DNA of 63,281 bases, counting the filler, from Rhabdomonas costata (taxonomy: Eukaryota): assembly GCA_019059605.1 (NCBI GenBank). It is 42 parts of 42 records of this genome, joined end to end, with 100 filler letters (N's around TTAATTAATTAA, not from the genome) between each part and the next. Parts side by side here need not be neighbours in the genome. Positions count along the whole stretch, not along the records: positions 1 to 1,416 come from JAHMHO010016572.1; positions 1,517 to 2,932 come from JAHMHO010016573.1; positions 3,033 to 4,448 come from JAHMHO010016574.1; positions 4,549 to 5,964 come from JAHMHO010016575.1; positions 6,065 to 7,479 come from JAHMHO010016576.1; positions 7,580 to 8,995 come from JAHMHO010016577.1; positions 9,096 to 10,511 come from JAHMHO010016578.1; positions 10,612 to 12,027 come from JAHMHO010016579.1; 34 more parts are not named here. One strand, 5' to 3'. Position numbers and translations under genes: made by a program. Positions 1 through 11,676 of the stretch are shown piece after piece (the stretch's first letter is position 1; the number at the start of each line of letters is the position of its first letter). The notes under the pieces were generated by a model. That model made no database searches. It worked only from the letters and a program-made list of their open reading frames with translations, and had not been told where the DNA came from.

Positions 1-288
1 TGTTGGTTTGGCGTTGTGTTAAACACGACTTCAGTGCAACGCAGAACCAGCCGAAGAAAGCTCACAGCAAACACAGACGCCAAAGCAACAGCCAAAGCAA
101 AAACCAAATACAATGACTGCAACAGCTGTTGCGACTCCAGCGGTACCAGCAATCATTCCCCAAGTTCCCAGTATCTTGAAGGTTCCGGTTCCATCAAACC
201 AAAGTGGATGGTGTGTGGACGGATACAATGCACTCACCGCGATCATCAGACGGTGTCAGTATCATCCAATACATCTGTCTTTACTGGA

Positions 289-453
289 TGCGAATTTTGT
301 GCGAATCTTGGTATGCCAGAAAACTGATACATGTCACATACTACGGCCGCGTGCACAGTCAAAGGAAAGACGTGTGAGAACTGTTTTCAATTGTTTAACT
401 GCGTTCCCTTTGAGGTGATGATTAAGAAAATCTGGCATCCCGCAAACACGTGT
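289..453 (+). pseudogene. Tandem CCHC zinc-finger-like segment interrupted by an in-frame TGA (possible decayed retroelement gag)
   Basis: ORFs 16-327 and 331-657 are in the same frame, separated by TGA 325-327. Read-through gives CEFC-x12-H-x4-C followed by CENC-x17-H-x4-C. Confidence 0.3.
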
Positions 454-1416
454 GGAAAACACAGAGGGAACACCGGAACGTTCCGTTGCGTCAAAGCCGT
501 CGAGTTTGACCACTCCGCTACCGGCAGGCCCAGTGAGACAGATTACGATTCCACCGCAAACAACAACGTGAACCATCGCGAGAAGTTCAGTAATATCATG
601 GCTGAACAACAAAAAGCTGATTTGATGTGTTGTTTTTTGTGTGGCTTTTTTCTGTGAACTATGGCCTTCATTAGGCAGGGCTTGCTAGGACGCCAAGCCA
701 CATGCAACATGCAACAAAAATTTGGTGAAGTAGCTGAGGCGCTTGGGGAAGGATTGATTTTTACTTATCCAAGAACTCCCAGACGAGACAGGGAACGACA
801 GATCTGGAGTATACCGGAGGAACGTCTCTACACCAGAGGATTGGGAGAACCATTTGGATGTGACGTCAGCGGAATGGGAAGGAGCGAAGAAGGTTAAGGA
901 CCTTCTGAATATGTGCCTTCCCTTCGCTACGTTGTGGAGAACCTCCGCAACATGAATCCATACAGTGGAACACCTGACGATCACAAGCAACGTGTTCCTC
1001 GGGAAAGTGCAGAATAGCTTCAAAAAGGTGACGGGCAATGTTGGAGCTCGGTCCTTCCGAGCTGCTACTAACGTTACAACTGCTGCATTCCGAACAGGGG
1101 TATTGGAAGGACGGTGCATCGCTTAAAATGCATGTACGGAGACCACCCATGCCATGCCCATCTATGTAGTTGTTGGACTCGTCCATTTGCGCACCATGAC
1201 ATCATCATGGTGCAGCTGCTCCCAAGTCCGACAAGCTTCCCAACGATGGATGATTGGCGGCCAACGAGCGTTCCTTCTCTTCGGCTGCAGAGCAGAAGGA
1301 CGGCGAGGCTCAACGCTTTCCAAGCTGCGGTTCCTCAAGATCCGACAGCCTCCTACGTGCCTGCTGCGGAGTCAGCCTCGCCTGATCAACTGGCTACAGC
1401 CCATCCACACACAAAC

Positions 1417-1516
1417 NNNNNNNNNNNNNNNNNNNNNNNNNNNNNNNNNNNNNNNNNNNNTTAATTAATTAANNNNNNNNNNNNNNNNNNNNNNNNNNNN
1501 NNNNNNNNNNNNNNNN
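1417..1516. other. Artificial contig linker (44 N + TTAATTAATTAA + 44 N); first of 41 identical linkers
   Basis: The same 100-nt block recurs about every 1.5 kb (starts 1417, 2933, 4449 ... 60253, 61768). The 12-mer places stops in all six frames. Confidence 0.99.
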
Positions 1517-1638
1517 ATACAGAAGCACCCATATCAGTTCGAGAGGGAAGGGACTACCATCCACGAAGTTGTGTACAATATGCCAACTGAACAGCAACGC
1601 TACGAACCACGAACAACTTTCAAACAAGTGTCCAGCTA

Positions 1639-2708
1639 CTAAGGCAGCGCACGCTTTGCAAGGGCTGCAGCTAGGAAGTGTGTAAGAGGGTGAGTGGAGA
1701 AGTCACTGAGAAGCTCCAACCCGAGCAGCAATCCATCGAGGTGCAGCTGCTGGCCACACAGAGCGTGGCACTAGTATTCGCCGTGGTGCCTGCAGGGCAC
1801 ACTGCCTCTGCTAGCCACGTGGTACAGTTGGAGTTCACTGCGAAGCGCAAGCAGAGAAAGGTCGAACATAGCGAAATCTTGAAAAGGAAGCGAAAATATT
1901 ATCGTTGACCAAACTGCGCTCCGCAGAAGAATTGCGAATGGCTGGACGTTTTGGCTCAAGGGTAGCTTCAAACTGGCGGCATTCCTAACAAGGCTTTCTT
2001 ATTCTCAGAAGACGCGTAGGCGCTTCAAAGGACAAGGGACTCGTTTCTTCTCTCTGGATAGTTAACGGGGGTGGGTGGGGGGCGTTGTTGTTTAGTAAGG
2101 CATGCAGCGTGTACACCCTTTTTTCGCTTTGGTTTCTGCAGGGTCTTTTTTCGAACGCAACAATGATCCCTTTCTCTCGTTCCTCCTAGCTTGCTGTAAT
2201 GTCTTCTTCCGGAACATCGAGCGCCCTGGGCCTTCTAATCGTTTTTACCAGCCACTCTTCCCCGCGACAACTCATTCACATCCTCTCTGTAAAATACTGG
2301 AAAGGTACCGTGCTCCCTGCGCCCCGCTGCAGTGTACTTATTAGTTAGAGTAGCAATTAAGCTCGAAAGCAGAGCGCCTCTATGTCGGCTTTCCGGGGCG
2401 GAGGTGGTGGTGTCACCTGTGATAGTCCAACGAGCCGTGAACCCGCTGCTGACCACTGAGCCGTCCGTGGTAAACACCACAAGCAGAGTGCCGCTGGTAG
2501 AGCTCACCACCATCCCCGCAGGGTACGTTCCCGTGAGGAACGAAAGAACTGCGCCGGGGTCCGGGGTGGCGGTGGAGTACACCCTGGCCCAGTCATAGCT
2601 ATACTCCGAGGAGAAGGCACCGAAGGTCAGAGTGATGGTGGTGCCGGGCGTGCTGGTGATCTGCCACTGGCAGTTCATGCCGTTGTCGTAATAGTTGTGG
2701 CCGGTAAC
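1639..2708 (-). CDS. CUB-domain extracellular protein, 3' part (3 exons)
   Basis: Exon 2708-2417 reads VTGHNYYDNGMNCQWQI..ITLTF..E.SYD..RVY..G..LLVVFTTDGSV...GFTARW (CUB). Exon 1837-1721 is a 6-Cys module. A probable last exon runs 1670-1639 to TAG. GT-AG boundaries, phase-1 joins in frame. Confidence 0.85.
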
Positions 2709-3067
2709 CTGAGCGCACCCCAGCGGAAGGCCTTTTCGCTGTTCCCGACTGCCTGACAGGTTGCAATTATAATACCGATATCAGGAGCGTATGACCACGC
2801 AAATGTGCTGTTCCATCAACTAAGAAAAGAGCTTCGTCACAGCGAGAATACAGCACGCTGGAACCGGGGCACCACATGGTCCTGGGGTCACAACATTGGC
2901 ACTTGATCCCAGCACTTCGCTGACAAACAACANNNNNNNNNNNNNNNNNNNNNNNNNNNNNNNNNNNNNNNNNNNNTTAATTAATTAANNNNNNNNNNNN
3001 NNNNNNNNNNNNNNNNNNNNNNNNNNNNNNNNTTTCGGATATTTGTGAGTTCTGTGAGATCTTGGGT

Positions 3068-3234
3068 GGTTCTGAATTCTGACATCCGCGGCATTTTTGC
3101 GCAGAGGGTCACTCTGAACCCTCGTAATCTCACCTTTGTCGTGAAATTACGAGGGTTCTGAATTCTGACATCCGCGGCATTTTTGCGCAGAGGGTCACTC
3201 TGAACCCTCGTAATCTCACCTTTGTCGTGAAATT
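3068..3234. repeat. Direct tandem repeat, 86-bp period, ~2 copies, with internal hairpin
   Basis: GGTTCTGAATTCTGACATCCGCGG...GTCGTGAAATT starts at 3068 and again at 3154. GAACCCTCGTAAT is complementary to the downstream ATTACGAGGGTTC. Confidence 0.9.
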
Positions 3235-3581
3235 TCACTTGGGAGTCAATTGGTGCTTAGCTAGCACGCCACCATTCTCTCCCTCTCTGCATTTGTGCGT
3301 TTCAACATACCGATGAGAGAAGCGGATGCAATTTGGCCTGCACACCATTTTACTGGGTACACATGCTACGTAGTTCGAGTCATGTTTCGCGACGAGAGTA
3401 AAGAGGGATACTCCTGACCGCAGCTTGATCCCGCATCGCCGGGCGTCAGCACATACCTGCATCGTGGTCCGCGGTGGCGTTGCTCCGTGCGTTGGGACTT
3501 TGATTTATTTCTTCTCTATAATATGTGGGTTTCTTAATATTTTTTTTTTTGCAAAAATGGCGAGCGGAGCCCTTGTTTGCG

Positions 3582-3682
3582 TGTCGCTTATCCCCTCTCT
3601 CAGTACCCCATCTTAGCGTAAAAATGCCACCGGATGCCCTTCCTACGCTAAGATGGGGTACTGAGAGAGGGGATAAGCGACA
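3582..3682. repeat. Perfect 39-bp inverted repeat with 23-nt loop
   Basis: 3582-3620 TGTCGCTTATCCCCTCTCTCAGTACCCCATCTTAGCGTA is the exact reverse complement of 3644-3682. Confidence 0.95.
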
Positions 3683-3717
3683 GAGTGAGAGTGAGACAGC
3701 CGGGCGCACGGACGTAC

Positions 3718-3869
3718 GGTGTCCTCTCCGACCATGATCTCGTCGATGAGGTCGCACTCCCCCAACCGCACCCTCTCTGGGTTGTCAAACGTGCTGGCCA
3801 CCTCGGCGCCCAGCACCAGGGCCAGCCTCTCAATCCCGTCAAAGTCGGCATGCTCAATAGCCATGATGT
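3718..3869 (-). CDS. CCT2: Chaperonin CCT/TCP-1 beta subunit, internal exon
   Basis: [50 protein letters not shown] matches the CCT-beta signature. CAG acceptor, GTACGT donor. Confidence 0.93.
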
Positions 3870-5335
3870 CTGACACCCACCCACCGCAAGCAGGACATGA
3901 AAAGAAAGGTATATTGTGTCTCTTTGCAAACCTTCTATCGTCATGGACACCTCAATTTGGATAATCAGAAGCAAAAAATGCTGTAACTCCCAAAATAACA
4001 GGACCCTGTAGAATTTACAGACGAACTCTCAACTTTCGGTGCAAACGCAATATGAAAAAGACGAAGAACCAAAAAGAAAGATCAAATTTGCAAACATTTC
4101 CACCCCAAAAATTCCTATTGAGGGAAAAAATTGACCCAAAATTGGCACAGCTTGCGCACATTCCTAATAAACGTGTCAACAGCGGTATGCATTTATTATG
4201 CACACGAAAGGGGCTTGCCAATTATACCCCACCATATGAAATTGTTTAGGTTCGGTTGGGTATAGCGATCATAAAGCAACTTGACTGGTTGATCGGGTTT
4301 CCGGAAGATTAAGAAGACAACTTTGATTATTAGCTATCACTCCCGCACCCGTAAGTATGAAGTATGCAACGGCTTCCTCAGCAGCCTGCCGAGGTGCAGT
4401 GAAACAGTGAAACAGGGGAGTAGCGCAGAAGTCCGCAGCCACCCCACCNNNNNNNNNNNNNNNNNNNNNNNNNNNNNNNNNNNNNNNNNNNNTTAATTAA
4501 TTAANNNNNNNNNNNNNNNNNNNNNNNNNNNNNNNNNNNNNNNNNNNNTGTGGTTGGGTTGGGTGTGAAACCCCCCTTCCCGGGCGGGGTGGCCCCACTA
4601 CACATCCTCTGCGATGCAGGGGACCGTATTGTGGGGTACCCGGTTCTAGTGGGACCCGTTAAAGTCCAAAATACCTATTGTCTGAGCGTTAAGGACCTGT
4701 GATCTAGGGTCACGGAGCCCTCCGAGGCACAAAACATCCGGGAACCATCCGCTTCTATCCTTAGAACCATGCTCCACCCTCTAACTCCCAGCAAAAGCTT
4801 GCATTCGAATCCCAGGGAACACATTACCCCGTGTGAATCGTGAATTATCTGCTTGAATGGCAAGGAGGAGCATTTGCCCTCTAATCCCTTCCATATCACC
4901 ATTGACAGATCATTCGCTTTAAAAACAGGTGAACCCGGAACCACTGGCCTGCTCTCCGACACACACTGCTCTTGTCTTTCCAAGAACAAAACTAGGGGAA
5001 CAACAACAGACGGACTTGTCATGTGCACAACCTGCGTGAAGACAAAGCAGGCTAAGAAGATATAAGAAGATATAAACGAAAACCAAATCTTCATCCGGCG
5101 AGGGCATCGGCCTCAGTTGACGTATACAGCCACACAACGCTCCTCTTATTCCGATGGAACGCTCCCCCCTCTCATGTATCCTCAACATCCTGACGGCACT
5201 CATATCGAAACAAGGGGAAAGACTCAGAAAGAGACGGAGAGAGAAACTATTGTTCTCCATCTCTCGTCGCTCCACGGTGCGGTGCGGCTTGTGTGGTTTC
5301 GTGGTGGCTTTGGGGTGCCGGGACGTGCACCTCAG

Positions 5336-5480
5336 GTTTGGCGGGAGATCCGCCACGACGTTCCCCTGCTGACGCAATTCCTGGCTCGTCTCTCCCCGCC
5401 GGGCTTGAAGGCGCTGTTCAAGAACAACCTCAGCCACACCATTATCGCGGACTTTCTCCGCTGCCTCGCCCACGGCCTGG
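5336..5480 (+). CDS. RPAP3 C-terminal-like domain exon
   Basis: VWREIRHDVPLLTQFLARLSPPGLKALFKNNLSHTIIADFLRCL resembles the RPAP3_C pattern (W..L.....L..YL..I.P..L..LF...L). CTCAG acceptor; donor uncertain. Confidence 0.6.
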
Positions 5481-6291
5481 GTCTTGGAAGCAGCCCTAGC
5501 CCGCCCCCAAACCAGGCCGCTGCCCCAAACTCTCCGCCCTCCCTTCACCGGCTTTCCCCATTCCCTCTTTTTCCTCCGATCATTTGGAGGGAGGGGAGAG
5601 GTACTGCTTGCTCCCCTTGATAGGGTGAGCCATTGTGCATGTGTAAAAAAAAACAGTGTTCCCAAAATGTTACCTTTTAGACTCCCTGGGAGAGATACAC
5701 AAAAGACTCATTTTTTATCACATGTGCTTCTTGTCCTCCTAATTTCAGCTTGCCTTTTCCCCCAACCATCTTCCCCAGCTTAATTGATCAAATACCCAGG
5801 ACTGGAGCCCGACGGCAGCAATTATATGGCCCTTGTCATATCTAAACACGAGAAGCTAAAATTACAGGTAATAACACCAACTCATCGGGACATCAGCATA
5901 TCTCCTCAAAATGAATACGTCGCTTCTCTCCTAACTCCTCCCACAACTTCCTTTTCGGGCGGGGNNNNNNNNNNNNNNNNNNNNNNNNNNNNNNNNNNNN
6001 NNNNNNNNTTAATTAATTAANNNNNNNNNNNNNNNNNNNNNNNNNNNNNNNNNNNNNNNNNNNNGTTGGGGGTGGTAACATACCGGTTGTGTAAAATGCA
6101 CCATAAACGGGGGAGGGGGTCCCCAAAATGCACCTGGGATTAATGCCGACGCTTGACGTCAATGTGGCTATAGCTCTCTGGGGAACGATTACCGTGGTTC
6201 GCTCGTTTGTTCGTGTTGTTTGGAGAATTTTCACTGACGGAGGCATGCCGTGTTTCTACTACTGACCTCTTTCCCCTTTCCATTTGGGCAG

Positions 6292-7470
6292 CCGCGCTGT
6301 ACTCCCCGGCGTGGTACCTGGCCGTGGACCACACCACCGCGGCCGTAGTGCTTGCGTTCCGCGGCACGGGCTGCTTCGAGGACGTCCTCACGGATATGGT
6401 CTGCGAAGCTGCGCCATGCCACATCCCCTGCCTGGCCACCACTACCACCACTGAGCCCCAACCCACGATGGGCAGTGCGTCGGCAACCGCTGCGAGGGAT
6501 GATGCCAAGCAGTGGGAGGAGGCCGCGAGCCAGGGCCGGGGGTTTGCTCACCGTGGGTTCCTGGTATCCGCGGAGAGGTTTGCCGTGAAGCTGCGGCCCG
6601 CCGTGGAGGCAGCGCTGCAGGCCAACCCGGGCTACCGCTTGGTGGTCACGGGGTACTCCCTGGGTATGTACCCAGGCCTCCTCTTCGCACACGGCTGCAT
6701 TGCGTTGCGCAACACATACTTACTAAATCACTGGCTCCTTCCCTATGGGCAGAGGGGAGCAACCCATGACAACGAGCGACGAGCGTTTGCGTTACACCAG
6801 CCGACTCCAGACACATACGCAGCTCACAGCTTACGAAAACGGAAGACAGGGGCCTACCGGAAGACACCTGAGCCAGGGTGGGGTGTACGTATTAGTAAAA
6901 GTTTGTGTGATCGTAAGAAATAGATTTGGCCGCATTTTTAGCAGTGAATGGGAGGGGGAGGGGATAATTTTTCCGGTCGGTCGACCCGCTTACACACTTG
7001 AAAGAAAAAATGTGAAAAAAAAAATTCCTGAAAGTTTTTTTTAAAAAAAATCGTGCGGTACAAGAGCTAGATTCTCTGCATTTTTTTGAGCCCCCCCCCC
7101 TATAAGAAAAACTTGCGCAAAAACTTTTGGAGTTAATTTTGTGAAGAAGAAGGCGCCGACCCTGCATCAGCTCCCTTCCTTATGCGCTCATCACACTCAT
7201 ACTCACACATCCACAGGTCCGTCGGTCGTGTGCTTGGTGGTGGTGCTTGTCAGGGTGCTTGTGCCCAGATTTAGTGTATGCCTCTGTTTGGAAGGTGCTG
7301 GGGTTGCTGCGATGTTGGCGCTGCTGTGGGCGCCGGTGTTTCCCGGGCTGCGTGGGCTGGCCTTTGCTCAGCCCTGCGTGCTGTCCCAGCCCCTGGCCGC
7401 CCGCGCCGCTCCCTTCGTCACGGCCGTGGTGCACGGTGACGATGTGGTGCCGCGGTTCGGGCTGGGCGCC
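6292..7470 (+). CDS. Class 3 lipase (DAG-lipase-like), partial, 2 exons
   Basis: Exon 6292-6663: YLAVDH...VVLAFRGT...DVLTD...AHRGF...YRLVVTGYSLG. GT-AG intron 6664-7294. Exon from 7295: AGVAAMLALL...VTAVVHGDDVVPRF. Confidence 0.92.
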
Positions 7471-8048
7471 ACACAAACCNNNNNNNNNNNNNNNNNNNNN
7501 NNNNNNNNNNNNNNNNNNNNNNNTTAATTAATTAANNNNNNNNNNNNNNNNNNNNNNNNNNNNNNNNNNNNNNNNNNNNGTGTTTTTGTAAGTCCGGATT
7601 TTTTTTTGCAGATCGTCGCTTCCTAATTTTTTGCGGTTGCGATTCTAATAGTGGAGTGGAATGTGGCGTAATGTTTAGGGGTAGGAATGGACCGGGGGAG
7701 GCCTAGGCATGCGCCGTGGTTGCATATGCCCTGAATTGAGAGGCACTCTGAAGAGAGAAATTCTGTACTCGTGTCGCCCTTGCTCCTACCCTCGTCCTGC
7801 ACTTGGAGGTAACTATTTGGCATTCTTTGTGCACTGCATTCTTCTGGATCTGCATAAGAGAACACGTACGGGATGCTGCGGTTGGCCTTGCGGTCTTCAG
7901 CAACATTCTGCGTTGTGCAATGAGGTATTCATGCTGGGCAGATCTGGGAAAGCTGTAGACGCTACTGTATTGCGTCAAACAATTCCCTCAGCCTCTTCAT
8001 TTCCTGCAACTGCAGGTTCACTTTCTTTTGAGTCCTCACGTTGGCAAT

Positions 8049-8985
8049 ATGGCCCTGGTTTCCGGGGATACATTGGTTCACATCTTTACGTTCGTGGGGC
8101 GAGGGCAGCAGCTGACTCTTCGGCTTGTAAGTCGGAATTTTCGAGCTGCGGTCGACCACTTCCTTGCACCCAAATGGAGGGTTGTGCTCCGCCAGGGCTT
8201 CCAAGGCCCACTGGGAGCGGAATGTGTGCGCACAAGCCTTCTGTTGGCTGCCTGCGCTGCGGAAATTTCGGTCAGAGGACAAGACCTTGTGAAGATTTTG
8301 CTCACAAGCGCTCGAATGTCACTGAAGTGTCCACACCGCTTCTCTTTCGCAACCTAACACCCTTGGACGTCGCTGGAAATATCATGAGGGAAGCGGAAAT
8401 GCAAGCGCTTGCGACGTCATCGCTATTCCCTAAGCTGGCGTGTTTGAATCTGTGCTTCACTCATCTTGAGCCTGCAGGAATGCTTGCATTTGCTGCTTCC
8501 TCGTTCTTTCCCAATCTGACTTCATTGGATGTCAGCTGTAATTTGGTCGGCGCCGCGGGGATGCGGGCGCTCGCAGCTTCCTCTTTTTTCCCCAATCTCA
8601 CCGCGTTGAACGCCCGCCTTAACCAAATCGGGGCTGCCGGAATGCAAGCGCTCGCAGCTTCTACTTTCTTTCCCAAAATGATTTCTCTGAATCTTGGTAA
8701 CAACCAGGGTGGACCAACAGGAATACGCGCACTTGCAGCGTCACCCTTCTTCCCGAGCCTTGCGTCACTGGTTGTGTGTGGAAACCGGATCGGAGGTGAA
8801 GGAATGCAGGCTTTGGCGGCTTCTTCTTTCTTCCCCAAACTCATGTCGCTGGATGTGTGCAGCAACCAGATCCCATCCGTAGGAATGCAAGCGCTGGCCG
8901 CTTCCCCCTTCTTCACCAACCTGACGTCATTGAATATAAGCGTCAACCGAATCAGAGCGGTGGGACTGTCACCGTTTGCGTCGTC
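8049..8985 (+). CDS. F-box-like N-terminus plus 26-aa leucine-rich repeats (frame change near 8270-8340), 3'-truncated
   Basis: ATG 8049 gives MALVSGDTLVHIFTFV..LTLRLVSRNFRAAV (F-box-like). About eight repeats of ALAASxFFPNLTxLxxxxNxIGxxGM follow in another frame from ~8330. Confidence 0.8.
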
Positions 8986-9326
8986 AACAACCCACNNNNN
9001 NNNNNNNNNNNNNNNNNNNNNNNNNNNNNNNNNNNNNNNTTAATTAATTAANNNNNNNNNNNNNNNNNNNNNNNNNNNNNNNNNNNNNNNNNNNNTTTGT
9101 GTGGGGACAGTCGAGGGGAGTATATCATCCAGTTTTGGTATGAGGATTTGAGCCACCCAAATGAGTTCTCCCCTGCTCTTGATATTCAGTTGTGTGTGCG
9201 GGCTTAGCCTGTCACATCGCGCGAACGGAGTTCACTTACTGAGTCCCTTCCGTTCCTTCGCGGATGCGTTTCTTGCCGGATGGCTCGCCCGATGTGCCCC
9301 AAGGTGAATTTTATCCTCTCCGCTAG

Positions 9327-10341
9327 GTGGACCCTTTTAACGCCGATGCCAGCGCATCCAGTCGAGCTGTCGTCTCTCTGAAGCAGATGATCGAGGCCCT
9401 TCTGGCGGATGTGTTGCCTCAGCTAAAGAGCTCCCTGGAGGATCAGCTCGACGCCGACGACCTGGAGCAACTCCGGCGCTTGGAGAACCAGAGCCGGGAG
9501 TTTGGGCGACGGCTGGCTCGACTTACTTTTGTGCGTGGTGGGAAGGATGTTATCCTCCTTTCCCGTTTGAACGCGATGAAGAAGACGGCTATGGACCTGA
9601 AGGTTAGGGCCGCAACGGAACCAGACCTCGCCACAGCTGTGCTGGTGGCAGGCAGCTCGCTGCTGAAATTGCAGGTGTTCACCCCCCCCCAAAAAAGACA
9701 ACCAGCAATTGAATGCGCGTACATCACCTTGGATCCTGAAGTCTGTGTGTGAAGTGTGCGCTGTTATATTTTTTCTGCACTTTTTTGCATCTCATTGTTG
9801 GTCTGGCCAATTTGCAATTTTTGAGAATTAGCACTGTTTCAGTAAGGCTCCCTAGGGGCAGTCTAGCCACCATGTTTTTGCATCACTAAACGAACAGCTC
9901 AAAGCAAAAAAAAATACGGCAACCGCGCGGCGCTGTGCTCGTCAATTTTCAGCAGAGGGTGATCAGGGTTGCATTAAACTGAGTTTGATCTGCGTCGCAT
10001 TGAGCTTTGAACTCTGAACTTTGACCCAGTTTTCACGGATTTGTTTGAGTTTTGGACCCTGTTGTTTCGGTCGCCGCATTGAACTTGAATTGAACTGTGA
10101 TCTGGTCACAGAGCTGCTGATATTAAAAGAATTTAACCTCTTAGCACCTCTCTCCAATCAATTGGAACCGAGTGCAGGGTGGTGCCGTTAACATTTATTG
10201 GAGGGCGGGGGAGGGGGGGGTAAATGTGCACCCTTGCTTGTTCCTCAGGAGGGCACAATGCGCACGGCGTTCCACCTGTACGACCTGGCCCAGCCCGAGG
10301 GCAGGCAGCACTACGTGTGTAAGATCTCCAAGGATCCCAAG
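9327..10341 (+). CDS. Alpha-kinase (eEF2K/MHCK family) fragment
   Basis: Exon 10249-10341 EGTMRTAFHLYDLAQPEGRQHYVCKISKDPK shows the EGxMRxAF and YVxK alpha-kinase motifs. An upstream helical exon starts at 9327 and ends at 9602 or 9674; its linkage to the kinase exon is inferred. Confidence 0.7.
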
Positions 10342-10752
10342 GTACGCCCTCTCCTCCCCCTCTGCCCCCAACGCACTCCATCTGCTGCTCCTGTAAGTTG
10401 TTCAACTACATTTGCCGTCTGCCAGCCGTGTGCTTGCAGGGGGGGGCTCCGATGTGCACCTTCTAAGCGCAGTTCGCCCACCAGCTTCGTGCAAGTCTGT
10501 CACCAAAAAACNNNNNNNNNNNNNNNNNNNNNNNNNNNNNNNNNNNNNNNNNNNNTTAATTAATTAANNNNNNNNNNNNNNNNNNNNNNNNNNNNNNNNN
10601 NNNNNNNNNNNGTGCGAGCCGGGGAACTGGAGAAAAAGAAGGAGAGGAAGCTGGAAGGAAATCCGGAAAGAGAGGTGTGGGAGTGGGGTGCTGCCTTACA
10701 TTCCCTCTCGACCCCGCGCCCAAACATGGGCACATATGCAGGGTGCCCATAC

Positions 10753-11676
10753 CACGTCAGCCTTCGCCTGCCTCAGACTATCCACGGTGACCTGGATCTC
10801 GCCGTAGGATTGCTTCGCAGCTGCCAGCTCCGACTGGAGGGAGGACCGCTGCTTGGCGAGTTCCTGCCGATATACATATGCACACAGAGTGGCTGTAGTA
10901 AGCAATGTTGAGTTCAAATTTATACGGACACCAGCAACTCCCGGGGTTTCCGCGTTTGCCTACTTTTGCATCCACCCACTGTGGCGTTTGCCAAACCCCC
11001 TGTGCGTACGTGTGACAAAGCGACAAAGCTTTTCTTCCCTTCTTATGGGGAGAAAAGTACCTCCACGGCTTGGGTTAGGGCCTGGTGCTGGGAGCTCTGG
11101 GCCTCCAGGTTGGCCTCGGAGATTTCCGCCACAGCCTGGCGGGCATTATGCAGCTGCTCCGCCTGCACAGCCGCAGAAAAGGGGGAGCATATATGTCATG
11201 CGTGTGCGACTTTGTATCCACTGACTGGTTAAAAACCCGTAGACATGTTGATGCACTGCAGTCGGTTCATTTGTTCATTTCTCATCAATACTTCGGAATG
11301 ACTTGAAGCAAGTCACAGGTTTAAATCTGGCGATGAGATGAGACGAGAGAAGACGAGAGAAGACGAGATAAGGCAAGAGAAGAAGAGACGAGACAAGAAA
11401 AAACGACAGGGGAGGGAAGCAGAGGGAAGCAGAGGATAGGATAACGCGCTTGCATAAAACTAGTGAGGAAATCTTCCTCAGCAGCCTAAGCCTGAGCGAA
11501 CGCAGTTTTATGCGATGAGAGGGAAAAGGAGGTCGGAAATATCAAAGGGGTACCAGAGCTTGTGCGTCCAGCTGGAGATACTGCTTGTCAGATTCTAGCT
11601 GCATGATCCGCTTGTCCAGTGCAGTGCGCTCGGTCAGCAGCTCTGTAAGCTGCAGAGCATGCTCCGACTTCAGCTT
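10753..11676 (-). CDS. Coiled-coil protein, three internal phase-0 exons
   Basis: Exons 11676-11554, 11162-11061 and 10863-10753 all have CAG/GT boundaries and join in frame. The product is E/Q/L/A-rich and heptad-like. Confidence 0.8.

Noticed and set aside
3425-3490. Plus-strand peptide HTCIVVRGG resembling the next CCT2 exon (ACTIVLRGA)
   Set aside because: Wrong strand relative to the CCT2 exon, and the match is too short to exceed chance.
7709-8048. N-terminal part of the 444-aa ORF as real protein
   Set aside because: Looks like chance open frame upstream of the LRR array; the F-box-like start at 8049 in another frame is more plausible.
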